Source: Lama glama
Taxonomy: Eukaryota
Assembly (NCBI GenBank): GCA_028534125.1
Contig: CM052817.1
Location: 82,524,001-82,588,000 of the forward strand
Direction of reading: 5' to 3'
DNA: 64,000 bases
Below are positions 26,215-40,724 of this stretch, piece after piece. The notes under the pieces are model-generated. The model was not told the DNA's origin. It was given only the letters and a program-made list of their open reading frames with translations, and ran no database searches. Numbering within the stretch: the first letter of the stretch is position 1; every line of letters begins with the position of its first letter. A program made the translations under genes and the position numbers.

Positions 26215-26725
26215 TCATTTTATCTCCATCTGTTTCACTTGTCCTTAGATCAAGCTACCATCATCCCTTCTCTAATCTACTGGAATAACTACTAACTAAT
26301 CTCTCCAAATCCACTTTTGCCCCTTTTTGATCACTTACCAACATAGCACATTGAACGACCTTTGCAAAGAACAGATCTGACCTTAAAGTCCTCTTCTTAG
26401 ACCACACACTGCCCTCCATCACTCTTTCGATAAAGACCTGCAGGGCTCTGCGTGTCCTAGCCCCTGCCCATATCTTCAGCTTTCTGAGCTCAGTAGCACT
26501 CAGCTTCTTTCCTCTCTTCCTGTACGTTAGACCACACCCCCAGTGGGCCTTTTTCATGTTGTTCCTATTTGGAGCCCTCTTTTCTCCCCTCTTAGTCCTT
26601 CCGTTCACTCCTCATCCCTCAAAGGACAGGTTCTTAGTCTACTCTCTCTCCCTCAGCATTAGGTCAGATCTCCTATGAGGCAGTGTCAGCTCCCATACCT
26701 TTTCCTCCATAGAACTTAGCACTAA
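26215..26725 (+). mobile_element. LINE-2 fragment
   Basis: 'caagctaccatcatcccttctctaatctactggaataac...ccacaccccagtgggcctttt' resembles L2 body. Confidence 0.65.
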
Positions 26726-27061
26726 GGACTATCACGCAGTAATAAGAACATGCACCAAACAGATGCATTTGAGTCTTGTCTGACATTTAATAGAGAAAGG
26801 TATGCATGTGCTGGAGTAATGTATTCTCGGCACATTTTTACATGAGTGCACATGCACAAGCATACATTAAGAGGGAAAAAGAGAGATGGAAAGAAAGAGA
26901 CATGCAGAGCTGACACCTTCCTAATCGATGACACATTTTCAAGAACTTAAAATATATACTCATGTTTGCACTGAAGTGCAGGTGGTGTTTATCACTGCAT
27001 TAGCATGGGAAGTAATACAATGATTATGCATCTTGTTTCATATTTGTGTTTAAAGTCAGTA

Positions 27062-27216
27062 TAGTTGATCTCATTATTCTCAGATTCCGTATTTGCAAGT
27101 TCATCTGCTTGCCCAAACTTACTACTCGTTACCCCCAAATCCATATTGACTGCACTTTCCTGTCATTTCCAGACGGGCAAGAGCAAGCAGAGAGACAAGA
27201 AAATTGAGTTGCCCAG
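27062..27216. mobile_element. TcMar-Tigger (MER2B-like) fragment
   Basis: 'tagttgatctcattattctcagattccgtatttgcaagttc...cccccaaatcca' matches a recalled MER2B-type terminus. Confidence 0.65.
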
Positions 27217-27984
27217 TTTATCCTCAGAAAGACTAAAACAATTTTCTGAAGTAACACAGCTATTCATTGAGGTAAATATATCTAGAACTCAAATTTCTTT
27301 GAGTACTAAACTTTTCACAAAATTACGCACACTCTGTCTCTCTTCAAGAAAGTGACAACCAAAATAATAACTGAATAAAAAGGGAAAGAATATTAAAATA
27401 TCAGCACCGTATTTGAGGTAAAGCTGTCTGTAATGGAGGGACCGCTGGTTCCTTATCTCAAAATTTGGCCTGTTCTCGTACAACATGGACATAACAGTAT
27501 TTACAAATGAAGGGATAATTTTACAATTTAATTGAAATCTCTAGTTGGTAATGGGGAGAGTCTTGGATAAGTTAATCTGCTGTATATGACACTGATTAAA
27601 AACATTAACAAGCAGAACAATTTTGGGTTTCAAACAGCAACTTTAAAATCTTGCAACTTACCTTGCATTATCAGGCATGACAAGGTTTTCTCAAAGAAAC
27701 AGGTATTATGGATCAACATTAAAATATAATGTATAGTTATTACATGTGTCATGGATCAAAGCACTCAAATTTAATGTATGGTTATTTTGTTTTGTTTGTA
27801 ACAAGCTGCCTTCCACTGCAAAGTGAATATTCACTAACTTTTTCTAACATTTAGAAGCTATTAAGAAAGCATTCTTCTAATGAAAACCTAAAATCACTTT
27901 TGACCAATTCCTCTCTATTGTGGTGCTTGACATAAATCTTACAGCACAGACTGTTGCTTGCATATGTCCACGCCTACAATCTTT

Positions 27985-28200
27985 AGCTGGGTGCCTGGCT
28001 GCCTGCTGTAAAGATTGTTTCCCAGCCTCACCTAGTGGTAGCCTCAGACCAATGTTCTGGCCACTGGGTTTGAATAGAAGTATAATGTGATTGCTTCTGG
28101 GAAATCTTAAAAGAGAGTTGCAACAGAGTCTTTGCCCCTTCTCCTCTCCTTCTTATGAACCCCCTTGAAAGCAGGATATGGACACCTGATCAGCTTCATG
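27985..28200 (+). mobile_element. Class III LTR remnant (MLT1J/LTR16/LTR33-like)
   Basis: 'tttcccagcctc...gttctggccactggg...agaagt...ttctgggaa' motif chain typical of these LTRs. Confidence 0.55.
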
Positions 28201-29179
28201 GCCATTCAAACAGTGTGATCATATAGAACCTGATGCAGAGTGGCCCCACACTTAATTAATTGCCCTACTACAGCCCTCCAGAAATCCTTAATTTTATCTT
28301 TGAGCTTATGTTTTGTAAGGGAAGTCCTATGGGGACAGTGGAAGATACTGTTAAGCACAGGAGCTTCATGTAGTATTTATCTCAGATGTTCATTATTTCC
28401 TCATTTATAGCATTCTCAATGCCCCATGAGGTGAGAATTCTGGTGAACACTATGTGGGATTTCAGTGAGAAGCAAAGTGAGTACAAAGTAAACACGCTGC
28501 ACATTTGAATAAGAAGGAGAGATGCTGTTCGTTCTGAGAGACCACACTTTGTATTTGAGGAAGAACTTGCTTCTAATTTAGGGAGAAGGCAGTCGGTACT
28601 CTAAGAAGCACAAGAGAGAGGGAACCCTGTCATATCCTTACTTGTGTCCTTAAGTCCTTGTATTAGCCAAGCACATATGCTGAAAATAATGACCCAGAAA
28701 GAAAGGGTAAAATAAGGCCACCCATTGTCATTTCTCCTTTTAGTCTCTCCTTACTCAGCAGTAAGGTGAATGTACTCAGTGGTGGTAGATGGTGCACATA
28801 TAAAAAAAGTGAAACAGAAATATTTGAATTAGTTTTGTGCAGTGCTTTAACCACTGTGGATATATGATGTATAAAGTATGAACTGTGTATTTGATTATCA
28901 CATATATGAGTTCAGCAGTTTTATATTTGCATCTAACACTAGCATCATACAATATAAAGGTGAGCGGTAAAATCTCTGCTAATAATAAAAATTTCCAACT
29001 TCTGTATACTTAGAAGAACATTAATAGCAAATTTTTTAAAATATCCTAACAAGCTGAGAGAGAAACTGCAGAAGAAATAAGTGGCTTTATCTTTTAGTCC
29101 CTTTAGCAGTATCTTTTTCCTGTTTTTTGTAAAAAGAGTCCCACATTTTTATTATTTTCCATGCCCTGAGAAACTGCAT

Positions 29180-29415
29180 AGCCAGCCCTGCATGGAGGTG
29201 ATGGCTAGAAATCATTCTCGGTCCAGGAGATTGAGGGCCAAACACTAGCAGTGGCAGAAAGGAAAGCTGGAAGCAGGCTGGGTTCCATATGACTGCCAAC
29301 AATTATAAACCAGCCATGGGCTGTTCACAGGCAGATTTCCCAGACTGAGAAATAAACTTCTATCAAGTTTAACCAACCATGTAGGGGACGTTCAGTTATT
29401 CTGTAGTAACTCATA
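29180..29415 (+). mobile_element. Class III LTR 3' remnant
   Basis: 'gaagcaggctgggttcc...gagaaataaacttctat...gtttaa' contains the LTR poly(A)-signal region. Confidence 0.5.
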
Positions 29416-30799
29416 CAAGCACTGAATGAAGAAAAGGAGATTTTAAAGTACCAGATCTCACCATCATGCATTTTGTATTACAGATACTAGCCTATAGTTA
29501 AGACACAAAAAGATCTTATTTAGAAGAAAACTGGTCACAGAGATGAGTGACCAGATTCATAGTGAAATTTATGTGACTAACTGATTAACTGTCTTGAATC
29601 CGTGCATGTTCTGCTGTACATTCATTTATTTCTTGATTTACAAAATCTAAATGACCCTAAGAAAAATGATTTATTTGGATATAGATCCTTGAATTAAAAT
29701 AAGTCAGTATTGGCTTTTTTCATCAGAGACATATATTTTCTATTAGTATTATTTGAGTATAACCAGGGAAAATCACTGTGAAAATAAAGTGACATCTAAG
29801 GCACTGTCTTGGTGCTAAAAGAAGACATTCTAGTGAGAAACAAGCAGAAGAACATCTAGTGATACCCACAAAGCAGAATGAAAGGGTTGTTAGTTTAGTG
29901 ATAAGAGAACATGCCATGAATATAATTGCTAACAAGTAAGGGGATATGGGAAACTGTAGGGTCAATGTGATACTACAGAAAAAGAAAACATTTCAAACTA
30001 AGTAAAATGAAAAACTAAATGATGTGCAGATATGATGTTCATCAACCAGAACAATCTCTAGTAATATTTACAGAAGTGTACTTGTTCTGACTTAGGTATT
30101 TTTTTTTTCCTGTAAACTCAATACAGATACATTACTGACTTCAGAATATGAAGGGGTATCTAGAAACTGGAAGGTTTTGAAACAGTCAAATATCTGGCTG
30201 AGAATGGAATTTAAAATAATTAGCTAAATATTTTGGATATTATTTTATTATCTTTCATTAAAGCAAAGAGCAACACAGTGAATGAGGGGGGAGGGTGCTG
30301 TAGTAGTGTGCTCCCTTAATCTCTTAAAGAAAGAAGAGGCATGAGCGAACCACACCTAGGAATGTATCTCAAATATTAAAAATACGTTAAAGGAGAAATG
30401 GGAATGAGTTAAACCAATTAGGCATGAAATTAAAACCCAGATAAAAGATGATAGGCTTGGCTCATAACACTGCAATGGAAATGAAACTGAAAAACAATTT
30501 AAAGTAACAGAATATATCTTTAAAGGAATTTAAGTTGAGGGAAATAAATATATTTATGTATCGATTGCTATACCTCTTTTCCTGGAAACATACTGTAAAT
30601 ATAACCACATACTGAGTGATTATAGTTGCTTTCTAATGTAGTCCACAGTAAAACAGAGGGACAAGTCCATGTTTGTAAGTCAGGACTTTATTTTGCCATT
30701 AAGTTAATGATGATCATATTTGTGCTCCATGAATCAGTCAAAATATGAATCAATCCACTTATCATAGAATTAATGGTGAGGCTCAGTGTTTGCTTTAGC

Positions 30800-31025
30800 A
30801 ATGATGATGTGAGTGGGGAGGTCAACACTGACATGTCTTGAGTTCCTGCCGTGTCCAGGTCTATGGTTGTGCCTTGCAGTCATTATCTTTTTTATTCTCA
30901 CAAAAGCACTGTGAGGGTAAACAGGACCATCATTTTACAGACCATAAAGCCCTGGCTCAGTGAAGGGAGTTTGCTGCCCAAGGTCGCAGAGCTAGGATAT
31001 ATTTAAATCCAAGCCTGTCTGTTAT
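30800..31025 (-). mobile_element. MIR
   Basis: 'ttgagttcctgccgtgtccagg...ttctcacaaaagcactgtgagggt...cattttacaga...gcccaaggtcgcagagcta'. Confidence 0.8.
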
Positions 31026-34000
31026 AGTATAAAGAGCAGCTCTGAAAGCACACTGCCATCCAGGCAAAGCGAGTGGCATTAATCATCTGTGGAAAAGCTT
31101 GTGAAGTCTTATATGAATCGAGTTTGTGAGGACTAAAAAGTCCTTGCTATTTCATCTACAACTTGAATCAAGTTTCAATGTGCATTACCAACCCTAGCAA
31201 CCAGTAAGTTCCACATGAAGCCAATGGAAAAAGAGATCATGAAGACAGATGGAGCCTTTGGATCCATGCACGATTATTGCCTTATGTTCTTTTATATGAT
31301 CCCTGTAAAAATAGGTCAGCTTAGCTGTCTTACTCAGATGAAAATGTAATAAATGTTTACACAATTCATCACTTAAAGAATCTAAATTTAATTTCCTACT
31401 TGGACTTCTGTCTGTAATAAAAATATGGAAGAAACAGCCTGTGTTATTTACCTCTTGAGAATGACAAGTTATAAAGTGGGATCTTTGAGATGCTAAGCAT
31501 AGATGTTTCCATAGCTTTTGTTCACATCACGGCAGCTGTCATACTCATCAGTCTAGACTGATTTGATCACACGATCAATTGTGCCTATTGGTCAACCAGC
31601 TTTATTTGTAAAGGTCATGAAAATCACCCAGTTTGTCACTATAGTGTATAGTTATAGAAACCTTAAAATACATTTAAGAAACCTTAAAATAACATTTAAT
31701 TGAGCTTTAAAGGGGCAGAACGTTTTGAAAATTGGTAGCTATAATTTAAACTTGTTTTTAAGTGAAAGGGACATTAGAATCAGGTTTCCTAGTGGAGTAT
31801 TAAATTATTTAAGACATTCATTGACAACATGAATTTTGAGGGTTTCATACCTTTCAGAGGCGATTATCTATCTCCTGCTTACTGAAATGTCAGTGTTAAG
31901 ACTGACTCTTACTCTTTACTATAATTTAACTTTTATCCATAAAAACCATCCTTGAATGTTAAGATATTTATATTCAAATGTAATGGACTATGTTACAAGA
32001 CTCCCTTTTGCAAAAGCTGAGTACTGAATGCTCTGGTAATGAGTAGTTTGAATAAGAGAAAGAGCATTTAGAATTTATGTAGAATAGAATAAAAGAGAAG
32101 TAATAGGTAAAGAGTCTTTGAAATAATATTAATGGCAACATTTGTCTTAAAATTGTTACTAGAGATTCTTTGCCTTTTCGTAAAAGAATACATCCTAGTA
32201 GGTATTCATAGATTTATTTTATTTTACTTTTTGATTTTAACAAAGTTGATGCCCTAAAAGTATAGGAGAACTGACAGCTGTGTGTACAAATTGTGATTAC
32301 AAGTAACTGTTCTTGAAGGAAATATGTTTTCCTTATGTTGAGACACATTTTTGATGTGGTAAATATACGTATTAACAGTTAAGTATATGTGTATGTTTTA
32401 AGCATTAGCAGAGAGTCACTTGAAGAAAGTAAATGTTAGTTTTTTTTCTTTCATGTCTATTATGTAACTAAGAATTGTTCTTGGAGTTAGATATTTAATC
32501 ATTACAACTAAAGAGGGAACAGGCAAAAATGACTAACTCCTAGTAAGCTACTGACTGTAATTTTTTTTTTTCCCAATGTGTTACCTGCACCATTTTGTGG
32601 CTTTCTGCCTCTTTAAAGGAAATAGTTTTCTCAAATGTTCTGTGATGCATTTTTGTCTACAAATCCCATTCATCTTTCTATTGTGTTTATTATTGGCCCC
32701 TGAGGTAGTGACTGAGGAAAGTAGAGACTTGGCAATGGTGGTTCCAAAGTGTCCCACTACACTTGAGTCTAAATACCTATCTTGGACACTGTTTTGCTTC
32801 TTCAGCATCCAAAGTAGAACTTGAACTTTCAGCTTCAGCCTGTGAGCTTGTTGAGCCTACTTTCTAGGGACAGAGGCAGGAGGATGGCAGAGAACCCTAG
32901 TTAATCCAAGTGCCAGCCCCAAATCACCACCCACCCGATCGGTGCTCCAGCTCCTCTGTTTCTGCTTGGCTGTGGTTTTATCTGGTTCTTTAACTTACAG
33001 ATCTGATTTTCTGTCTGCCTCTCCCTTTCTCTTTGTCTCTTTCTTTTTCTTTCTCAGTAATAATTCTTGCTATCAATGGAGTTACTCATTCTAAAAAGGT
33101 CTTATCTATCATTTACTATGCTTTTGAGTAGAAAGGAGAACTGGTGTTGGTGTGCTTATGCTCAGATCATTATCGCTATTGTAATTTTAAAACAAAAAGT
33201 TATACTCATGCAGTCAACTCAGGGTTCTTCATAGTACTAGGGTCTCACAGTTCAATTTGTTTTGCATCTGGTTTTCTTGAGTATTAATCTTCATTTCCAA
33301 CTCTTCTGAAATACATTTTAAAGCTAAGCTAACAGACAGTTAAGAGGAATAAGCAAGTTTAAAACATCTTGAACTGTTCTTTCTCATATCCTCATACAAA
33401 AGTTTTTGTAACATATTATCTGGTGAGGAAAAAGATTATCTTGAATATAGTTAATTCTACTCTAACCTTGAATATAAATTCTTAGTCTTATTTACAATTA
33501 GGTAAAGAGGCATAATTTTTTAACAGATTAAAATTGGGTAGTTGTTATAATCTCCCTTAAATTTAATTCAGAAGAACTAAAGTTGGTTCATTTGGGGTTC
33601 CTCTGTACCCCCTAAGTCTCGCTGTCAATCCAAACTCTCTTGTTTTAGATTTGCTCTTACCTATATGCACTATTTATATTTTGTTCTCAGGATTAGCACA
33701 GTGTTTTACAGACAGAAGGCTCTCCACAAATATATGGGAAAGAATAGATGGTACACCAACAAAAGAAAAACCTCTCACAGAACCATAACCTACCAAAGTG
33801 ATGTTCTTATATTTTATACGCCTTGTAAAACAAACCTGTAATTTTCACGTGAATAATACTGTGTTACTGCAACAAATTATCTGGTTATTTTATTATCAGT
33901 TGACTTGATTTCAGATGCATAAAATCTTGCTTCTAGTTCTCACTGGAGAAGAGAGAAATAAATAGAAACAAATACTATAACATTTATTGTCAAAGTATCT

Positions 34001-35247
34001 ATTGAGCACTTACTTGTCTGTAAAGCACTGAGGAAGTGGCTGCTATGATTCTTGTGCTCTGTAAACCTGTAATCTAGTGCAGGAGTAAATACAGAATTGG
34101 TGGTTTATTATGCACCTTTGGAATTTGTATGAGAACAAACTTTAAGTACACAGTTTAATAATATGTTTCCCTGTTTACTCAGGAACATTCCTTTTAAAAC
34201 AACAATGGTGTCCTTATCCAAACAATGATTCTTAGTCACGATGGTGACCTTGAGTATTCATACCTGGCACCATTAACCAAATGAATCAAAGGAAGGACAA
34301 GGGAGGTCAAATCAGGCAGTATTTGAGTTAACTCTTTCTAGCCTAGTCCACAGTGTAGATGGAGGCTTTCTGTGGTCTCCAAAATACACAGATGAAGCAG
34401 TTCAAAGTGTGAAATTGTCACACGTGTTCAGTTTACAGGTAAACATAAATTTCTTACTGGTGGCCTTTATATCTATAGTGTTTAACCAGGACTGAGTGTA
34501 AATGAGGGAAAGCAATTTATAGTTTTCTGTTTCTCCTAATTTCATTATAATCTTCCTCTGAAACATGATGTTCTATTTTATGAATTAAAAACATTTACTG
34601 TCAGTAAACTGACTGTCAGGTTGTAAGAGTGATAGAGGGAAAAATTGCATGTAAGTTATATAAATTTAAGAAATATGTCATAAAGATAGTTTTCCTTGGC
34701 TTCTAGACCTACACATATCATACATTTCCCTAAAATTAGGGGAAACTGGGTGGGGGTGCTATTCTTTTTACAACTCAGTTTTACCAAAGCAGGGTAGAAC
34801 TGAATCTAATTCAAAAGGCCTCATCTATCGTGTAGAATTTTGTTCCCTTTCAAAATTTAACTATATAAATGCTGAATTTTATATCATCATAAGGAATAAA
34901 TTGGAGATTCTGAATGGAGAAAAAGAATGAGGAAAAAGAGGGGATGTTTCCTCTTCACTGCATCTCTCTTGCTTCAGCATATTTTATCTTACTCTCTAAG
35001 CACTGATTGTACAAAATCCTCTTTTGTGCTCTTTCTTTGAGTTCCTGGTTTTTCTCCCCTTTTTTTCTGCCTGTTGCACCTTTATTAGAATATAAGCAAA
35101 ATAAAGTAAAATTCACATCACCTAAATTCATGATTTGTTAGACGCTGTATTAAATGATTTAACACAATATTTGAGAACATTTGAGTAAAGTAACGTTAGC
35201 CAAGTCTAACCTAGAGACTAGTGTTGAGACTAAGAAGAAAGGAATCC

Positions 35248-36792
35248 CCAGAACTAGGACAAATAATTTCAAAATTTGTAAGGGAACACAAAAGCCAAAA
35301 CAATCTTGAGAAAGAAGGACAGAGCTAGAGGAATTGGGCTCCCTGACTTCAGACTATAGAGCTACAGAAATCAAGACAGGGTGGCACTGGCACAAAACCA
35401 GGCACAGATCAATGGAACAGAACAGAGAGCCCAGAAATAAACCCACACACTTGGGGTAAGTTAATCTACAACAAAGGAGGCAAGAATATATGATGGAAAA
35501 AGACAGTCTCTTCAATAAGTGGTGCTGGGAAAACTGGACAGCTACATATAAAAGAATGAAATAAGAACATTCTCTAAATCCATATACAAAAATAAGCTCA
35601 AAATGGATTAAATACCTAAATGTAAGACTAGATACCATAAAACTCCTAGGAGAAAACATAGGTAGAACGCTCTTTGACATAAATCACAGCAAAGCTTGTT
35701 TGGAGCTATCTCCTAAAGCAAAGGAAACAAAAGCAAAAATAAGTAAATGGGACCTAATTAATCTTAAAAACTTCTGCACGGCAAAGGAACCCATCAACAA
35801 ACAAAAAGACAACCTACTGAATGCTAGAAACTATTTGCAAATGATACGACAATTTGGGATTGATATCCAACATATGTAAACAGATCATAAACTGCCCATA
35901 AAAAAAACAGCCCAATTAAAAAAAATAGGCAGAACAGAATTGACATTTTTTAAAGAGGAAATGAAAATTGTCAACAGGCATATGAAAAGATGCTGAACAT
36001 CACTAATAATCAGGGAAATGCAAACAGAAACCACAGTGAGATATCATCTCACACCTGTTAGAATGGCTAGGATGCGGAGAAAAGGGAACCCTTTTACACG
36101 GTTGGGAGGAATGTAAATTGGTGCATCCACTGTGGAAACTAGTATGGAGTTTCCACTGAAAACCAAATTATTATATGACCCAACAATTCCACTCCTGGGT
36201 ATATACCTGAAAAAAACAAAAACACCGATTTGAAAAGATACATGCACCTCAGTATCCATTGCAGCACTATTTACAGTTGCCCAAGGTACAGAAGCAACCT
36301 AAGTGTCCTTCAATAGATGAATGGAAAAAGAAGATGTGATATATATATATAATGGAATACTACTCAGCCATAAAGAGTAATGAAAATTTGTCATTTGCAG
36401 CAACATGGACAGATTTGGCCATTATACTAAGTGAAATAAGTCAGAAAAAAGTAAATACTGTATGATTCTCACTTATATGTGGAATCTAAAATATATGACA
36501 AACTAGTGAATATAATTAAAAAGAAGCAGTCACAGATATATAGAAGAAACCTTGTGCTTTCCAGTGGTGAGAGCAGAGGGTGGGGAAAACACAGGGGTAG
36601 GGGATTAAGAGGTACAAAATATTAACTATTAAATAAGCTACAAGGATATATTATATAACTCAGAGAATATGGCTAATATTTTATCATAACTATACGTGAA
36701 GTAGAAACTTTAAAAATTGTGATTTAGTACATTATACACCTGGAACTTATTTAATATTGTACATCAACTATACTTCAAACAAACAACTAAAT
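35248..36792 (+). mobile_element. 5'-truncated L1 (ORF2 3' part and 3'UTR)
   Basis: Sense L1 ORF2: 'ccctgacttcagactata', 'ttcaataagtggtgctgggaaaactgg', 'tatgacccaacaattccactcctggg'. Ends 'catcaactatacttc' plus an A-rich tail. Frameshifts and small deletions present. Confidence 0.95.
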
Positions 36793-36834
36793 CAAATCCT
36801 GTGTGGTGATGAGTCAAAAAAAGTAAGAAATAAA

Positions 36835-37045
36835 AATGACAAAGGCCTGTGGAATCACTCAGACTTGAATCTGAATCCTGACTTGACAGCTTCTTGCATT
36901 AAAAACTTGGGAAGTCTGCTTATTTTCCCCAAACCTCCATTTCTTCTCTTGGACAAGGACAGCAACATTTGCTGAACTGTGCCATCAATGTGGGGATCTC
37001 AACAGGTGTCATATATGAAGAAAGTCCTTAGTATGTGACCAAATG
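36835..37045 (+). mobile_element. MIR
   Basis: 'ggaatcactcagacttgaatctgaatcctgact...aacttgggaagt...aaacctccatttc'. Confidence 0.65.
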
Positions 37046-38039
37046 AATGACTCATAACTTTTACAATTTGCATTATCTATTATTTTGCACTGTGTTATAC
37101 AATGAGTTGAAGGTGCATAATGCACAGATGGACTCAGGCACACATTTTTAAGATATTCAAGAATTTCTCCTTGAATACTTTCAGTTTAAGCTGGACTCAT
37201 TGGCTATAAACACCAAGAGCCCTGTTTTACTCTGGGAAGTAGAGAAGTAGAGCATGCCTGCCAATATAAAGTTTTCATGGAAGTAAAAACTAAATATTTT
37301 AGAATGTGATCTTCAGCAATGCTCACAGAGATACTGATTCCTTCTCATAACAGTCATCATTCTGTTTGCTGCTTTTGATCTTGCTTCCTGCCTCAGAACT
37401 CAAACTGCCTTTCTCTTTGTGTTCATTTCAGTTTGACTTTGTCTACACAGTTTTTATTTCCTGTTTGATTTGATCTGAGACCCTGGACCCTGGCTTAGAT
37501 TTCTCCCTAAGTGTGACCACAGCCCCTTGGTCTACACAAAAAGGCAAACTGGTATTTGTCGTCCTACCGTTAGCGCCATCTGTTACATTCCACCCGGTAA
37601 ATCTGGTTTCCAGATTTGGACCCTGATAGTTCATCTCGCTGCAGCCCGTGACTTAACACGAGTTTACTCCAGTCTATGCACACATTCCACATGCGTGTGT
37701 GTGTCTATGTCACCACAGGTTAAAATGGAATTTTGCCAGATGGCACACTGTGACAGTTTACTCCGCTATGCCTTCCTGGTCCTAATACTGATTTTAAAAG
37801 TAAGGATGTCTATCTTCATCAGAGTTATAGATGGAGAAAACACCTTTAATATACAATAACCAGTCTAGCACATCGATAAACTGTTACTATTTAGGAAATG
37901 GGATAATCTGCTATTTGTTTTGATGTCTCCACCAAGGAAATTAACCGTCATTCAGACTATATATAGTATATCAGATGTCATATTCAGCCACAGTTCAGTC
38001 TGAAGATAGAACTCTAAAATAGAGATCAGTGTTAAACCA

Positions 38040-38190
38040 TAAACCCTTAGGTAGGAAGTAGGCTGGAGATAATAATCGGCAGATAAAGATTCATTCCATA
38101 GGAGGTTAGCTGATTTTGTCCGGATCAATCACATAATAAGTATTAAATCACTGCCTCATATTCAGTCCTTCTCAATCCTAGTCTGGAAGT
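38040..38190 (-). mobile_element. MIR fragment
   Basis: 'gaggttagctgattttgtccggatcaatcacataataag' is a degraded antisense MIR core. Confidence 0.5.
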
Positions 38191-39380
38191 CTTAATCTCT
38201 CATGTGTTCACTCAAATGGAACAGATAAGTAATGTATCTTGTTTCCTGTGATTTTGGTGATGGATGGTAAGTAGCATATTTTTATAGGGAACACAAAGTC
38301 TAAATTTAAAGGCTTGTTTTTTTGTTTGTTTGTTAGAGCTGATCTGTGTCCAGACTGGTCCTGTTTTGTTTTTAAGTGTTTAGATTATGCAAATTATGTA
38401 TAAATAAACACCTACAAAATAATGTGAGCTTTAATTTTAAAGAAATTGCAATTATAACCCAATAATCTTCTGAAATTTTGTTTTTTAAAAAAAACTGCTT
38501 ACCAGATTGACACAGTATGAACCAGTAATTTAGGGACTATCTCAACAAAAGAATAAAGTTAACTAATTTGAAAACACTCAAGGAGAAGACTGTGCATGGA
38601 ACTGAATGAATTACCAAGGTTTGGCCAAGTCCTTAACTGAACCTTCAAGAAGTCCATGTAATAAATGGTTTCACCCAGAGCGTCCAGCTAACTAATGGTA
38701 ACTACAGAAGTAAAGCACCTGTGGCACAGGGCCTCGCGCATCTGAAACTCCCCGGTATTCCAGCTGGGATTCATTGCTGGCAGGCTCCCCTTTTGGTGTC
38801 CCTTACTTCCTGCTGGAAGCTTAACCCCACTTGTTGGCATTTACTCTGGAGCTGAAATTTCTCTCCAAAGTTTACTTCCCTTAATTCTGGGTTTTGTTTA
38901 GATCTGATTCACCATTCTGTTCACAATGACAGCCTCCCCTTCTTCATGTAGTCATGTAACCAGATGGAATCTGTTCTCCAGACATTCTCACTGATCTGGA
39001 ATTCAAAGAACAGACATCAGCCCCCCCCCACAAGAAAAGCAAGCCCCCTGAGCCCTCACCACCTTCCCTTGCTCTCATCGTCAGCTACTTTGGCTGATGT
39101 TTCTGGGATTGGTCCCAGTGAAGAGAACCTATCCAGGGGCACAGAATCTGGTCAGCAGATGGGGGCATGCTTCCATCTCAGATGAAAATCACTTAGCACT
39201 TTTTCTCTTCTGTTCTTCCCACAGCCTTCTCTCTTTTTTTTCAGATCAACTGTACCTTCTCTTTTGCGCCTTTGTTAAGATAGAATGTATGATATGTATA
39301 GACACAGGGAGAAGCACAGAAATATTAAAGAGTGGGCAATACTCTTTGCCCAAAATACCACTCTCAGTGTTTTGAGAGAA

Positions 39381-39381
<1 letters not shown>

Positions 39382-39419
<38 letters not shown>
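39382..39419. repeat. (AC)19 microsatellite
   Basis: Perfect repeat read directly from the sequence. Confidence 0.98.
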
Positions 39420-39421
<2 letters not shown>

Positions 39422-40681
39422 AGGGAAACACAAGTATAGCTGAAGACTTCCAGTGTGCTGGCTACTGTGTGTATTGCTGTAAGTAGATTTTACCAAACAT
39501 AAATTTCCTATTGGCTAAGTGTCAGAGATATTTTATTCACTTTTCTATTACATAGAGTTAACTCACCTTGAGCCAGTTTAGAAAGATTTTATTTACCAAA
39601 TGTCATTTATGTATAGACATGCTTGTTGAGTATTATTTTGACTTCTGTTGCTTTATCATGTGTATTTGTCATATCTCTATGACAGAAAAACTTATAATTC
39701 ATCCTTAGTGTTATTTCTCTATGAAAACAATCACAGTTAAGTGTGCTCGGACATGCATTTAACAAAATAGTAACTCATTATCTGTATGTTTCACGTTATA
39801 CCTCTGTGTCCCACAGCTAAACTACTTGCTTCTTCCAATTTACTCTGAGTGGTAATTTCTGGAGAGAGTGAAATAATGTCTATTTCCAACTAAATGTTTA
39901 TTATTTAAAGAATCTAATGTTTTTGGTTGCCCTCTCTTAAAACTGCAGGGAAAAAAAAACAATGTGTAAGATTGCACAATGACTCAAACATTTGGAAATG
40001 TTCCAAATCCAGGTGAACTTCAATCATTTTCTTCATAATCCAAAACAGATGATTACATTGGCACATATGAAATATGATGTACAGTTAAGTCTAAAAAGGT
40101 AGAAATATATAGAAATCATTATGATTTAATACATACATTTTTAATAGTATTCTACATATCATTTCTATTTCAACATAAAAAAATTTTTGCAATATATTAT
40201 TTTAAAAAATGAAGATCACCAGAATACAAACAGACAAACGATAAATCTGTCCATCTTGAGTCTGTTAACCTGGCAGTCGAGGGAACACTGACAAAGAAGA
40301 AATTCTTTAAGGCAAAATAATCAAAGGTTTTTAAGTGCCAGAAATGGGAAGGGAGTTTCATGGTGGTTATGCTAATTCAAAATTGAAAACAAGTTCTCTG
40401 GATAATATGAAATGTGTCCATCAGTACATATATAGTCAATTGAAAGTACCACTTTTCAGCAATTAGAAAAATGTCTTCAGTCACTTCCAGCAGAGGTCTG
40501 GCAAACTGAGTTACTTGAACTTCGTGGCTCTTGATAACCTTCAGATGACTAACCAATTGTGGGGAAACACTGTATCTGGGTTTAGTATCTTCTATATGAA
40601 TATGACTGTAAGAAAAGTTGTCTTTCATAATATGCATTTTCATTTTATAACATCTTAGGATACTCAAAATACTATCATTAA

Positions 40682-40685
<4 letters not shown>

Positions 40686-40719
<34 letters not shown>
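40686..40719. repeat. (TA)17 microsatellite
   Basis: Perfect repeat read directly from the sequence. Confidence 0.98.

Positions 40720-40724
<5 letters not shown>

Noticed and set aside
27662..27689. Possible minus-strand mini-exon ending AAG|gtaagt
   Set aside because: The donor is strong but the acceptor (ttgag) is poor and the peptide is unrecognisable.
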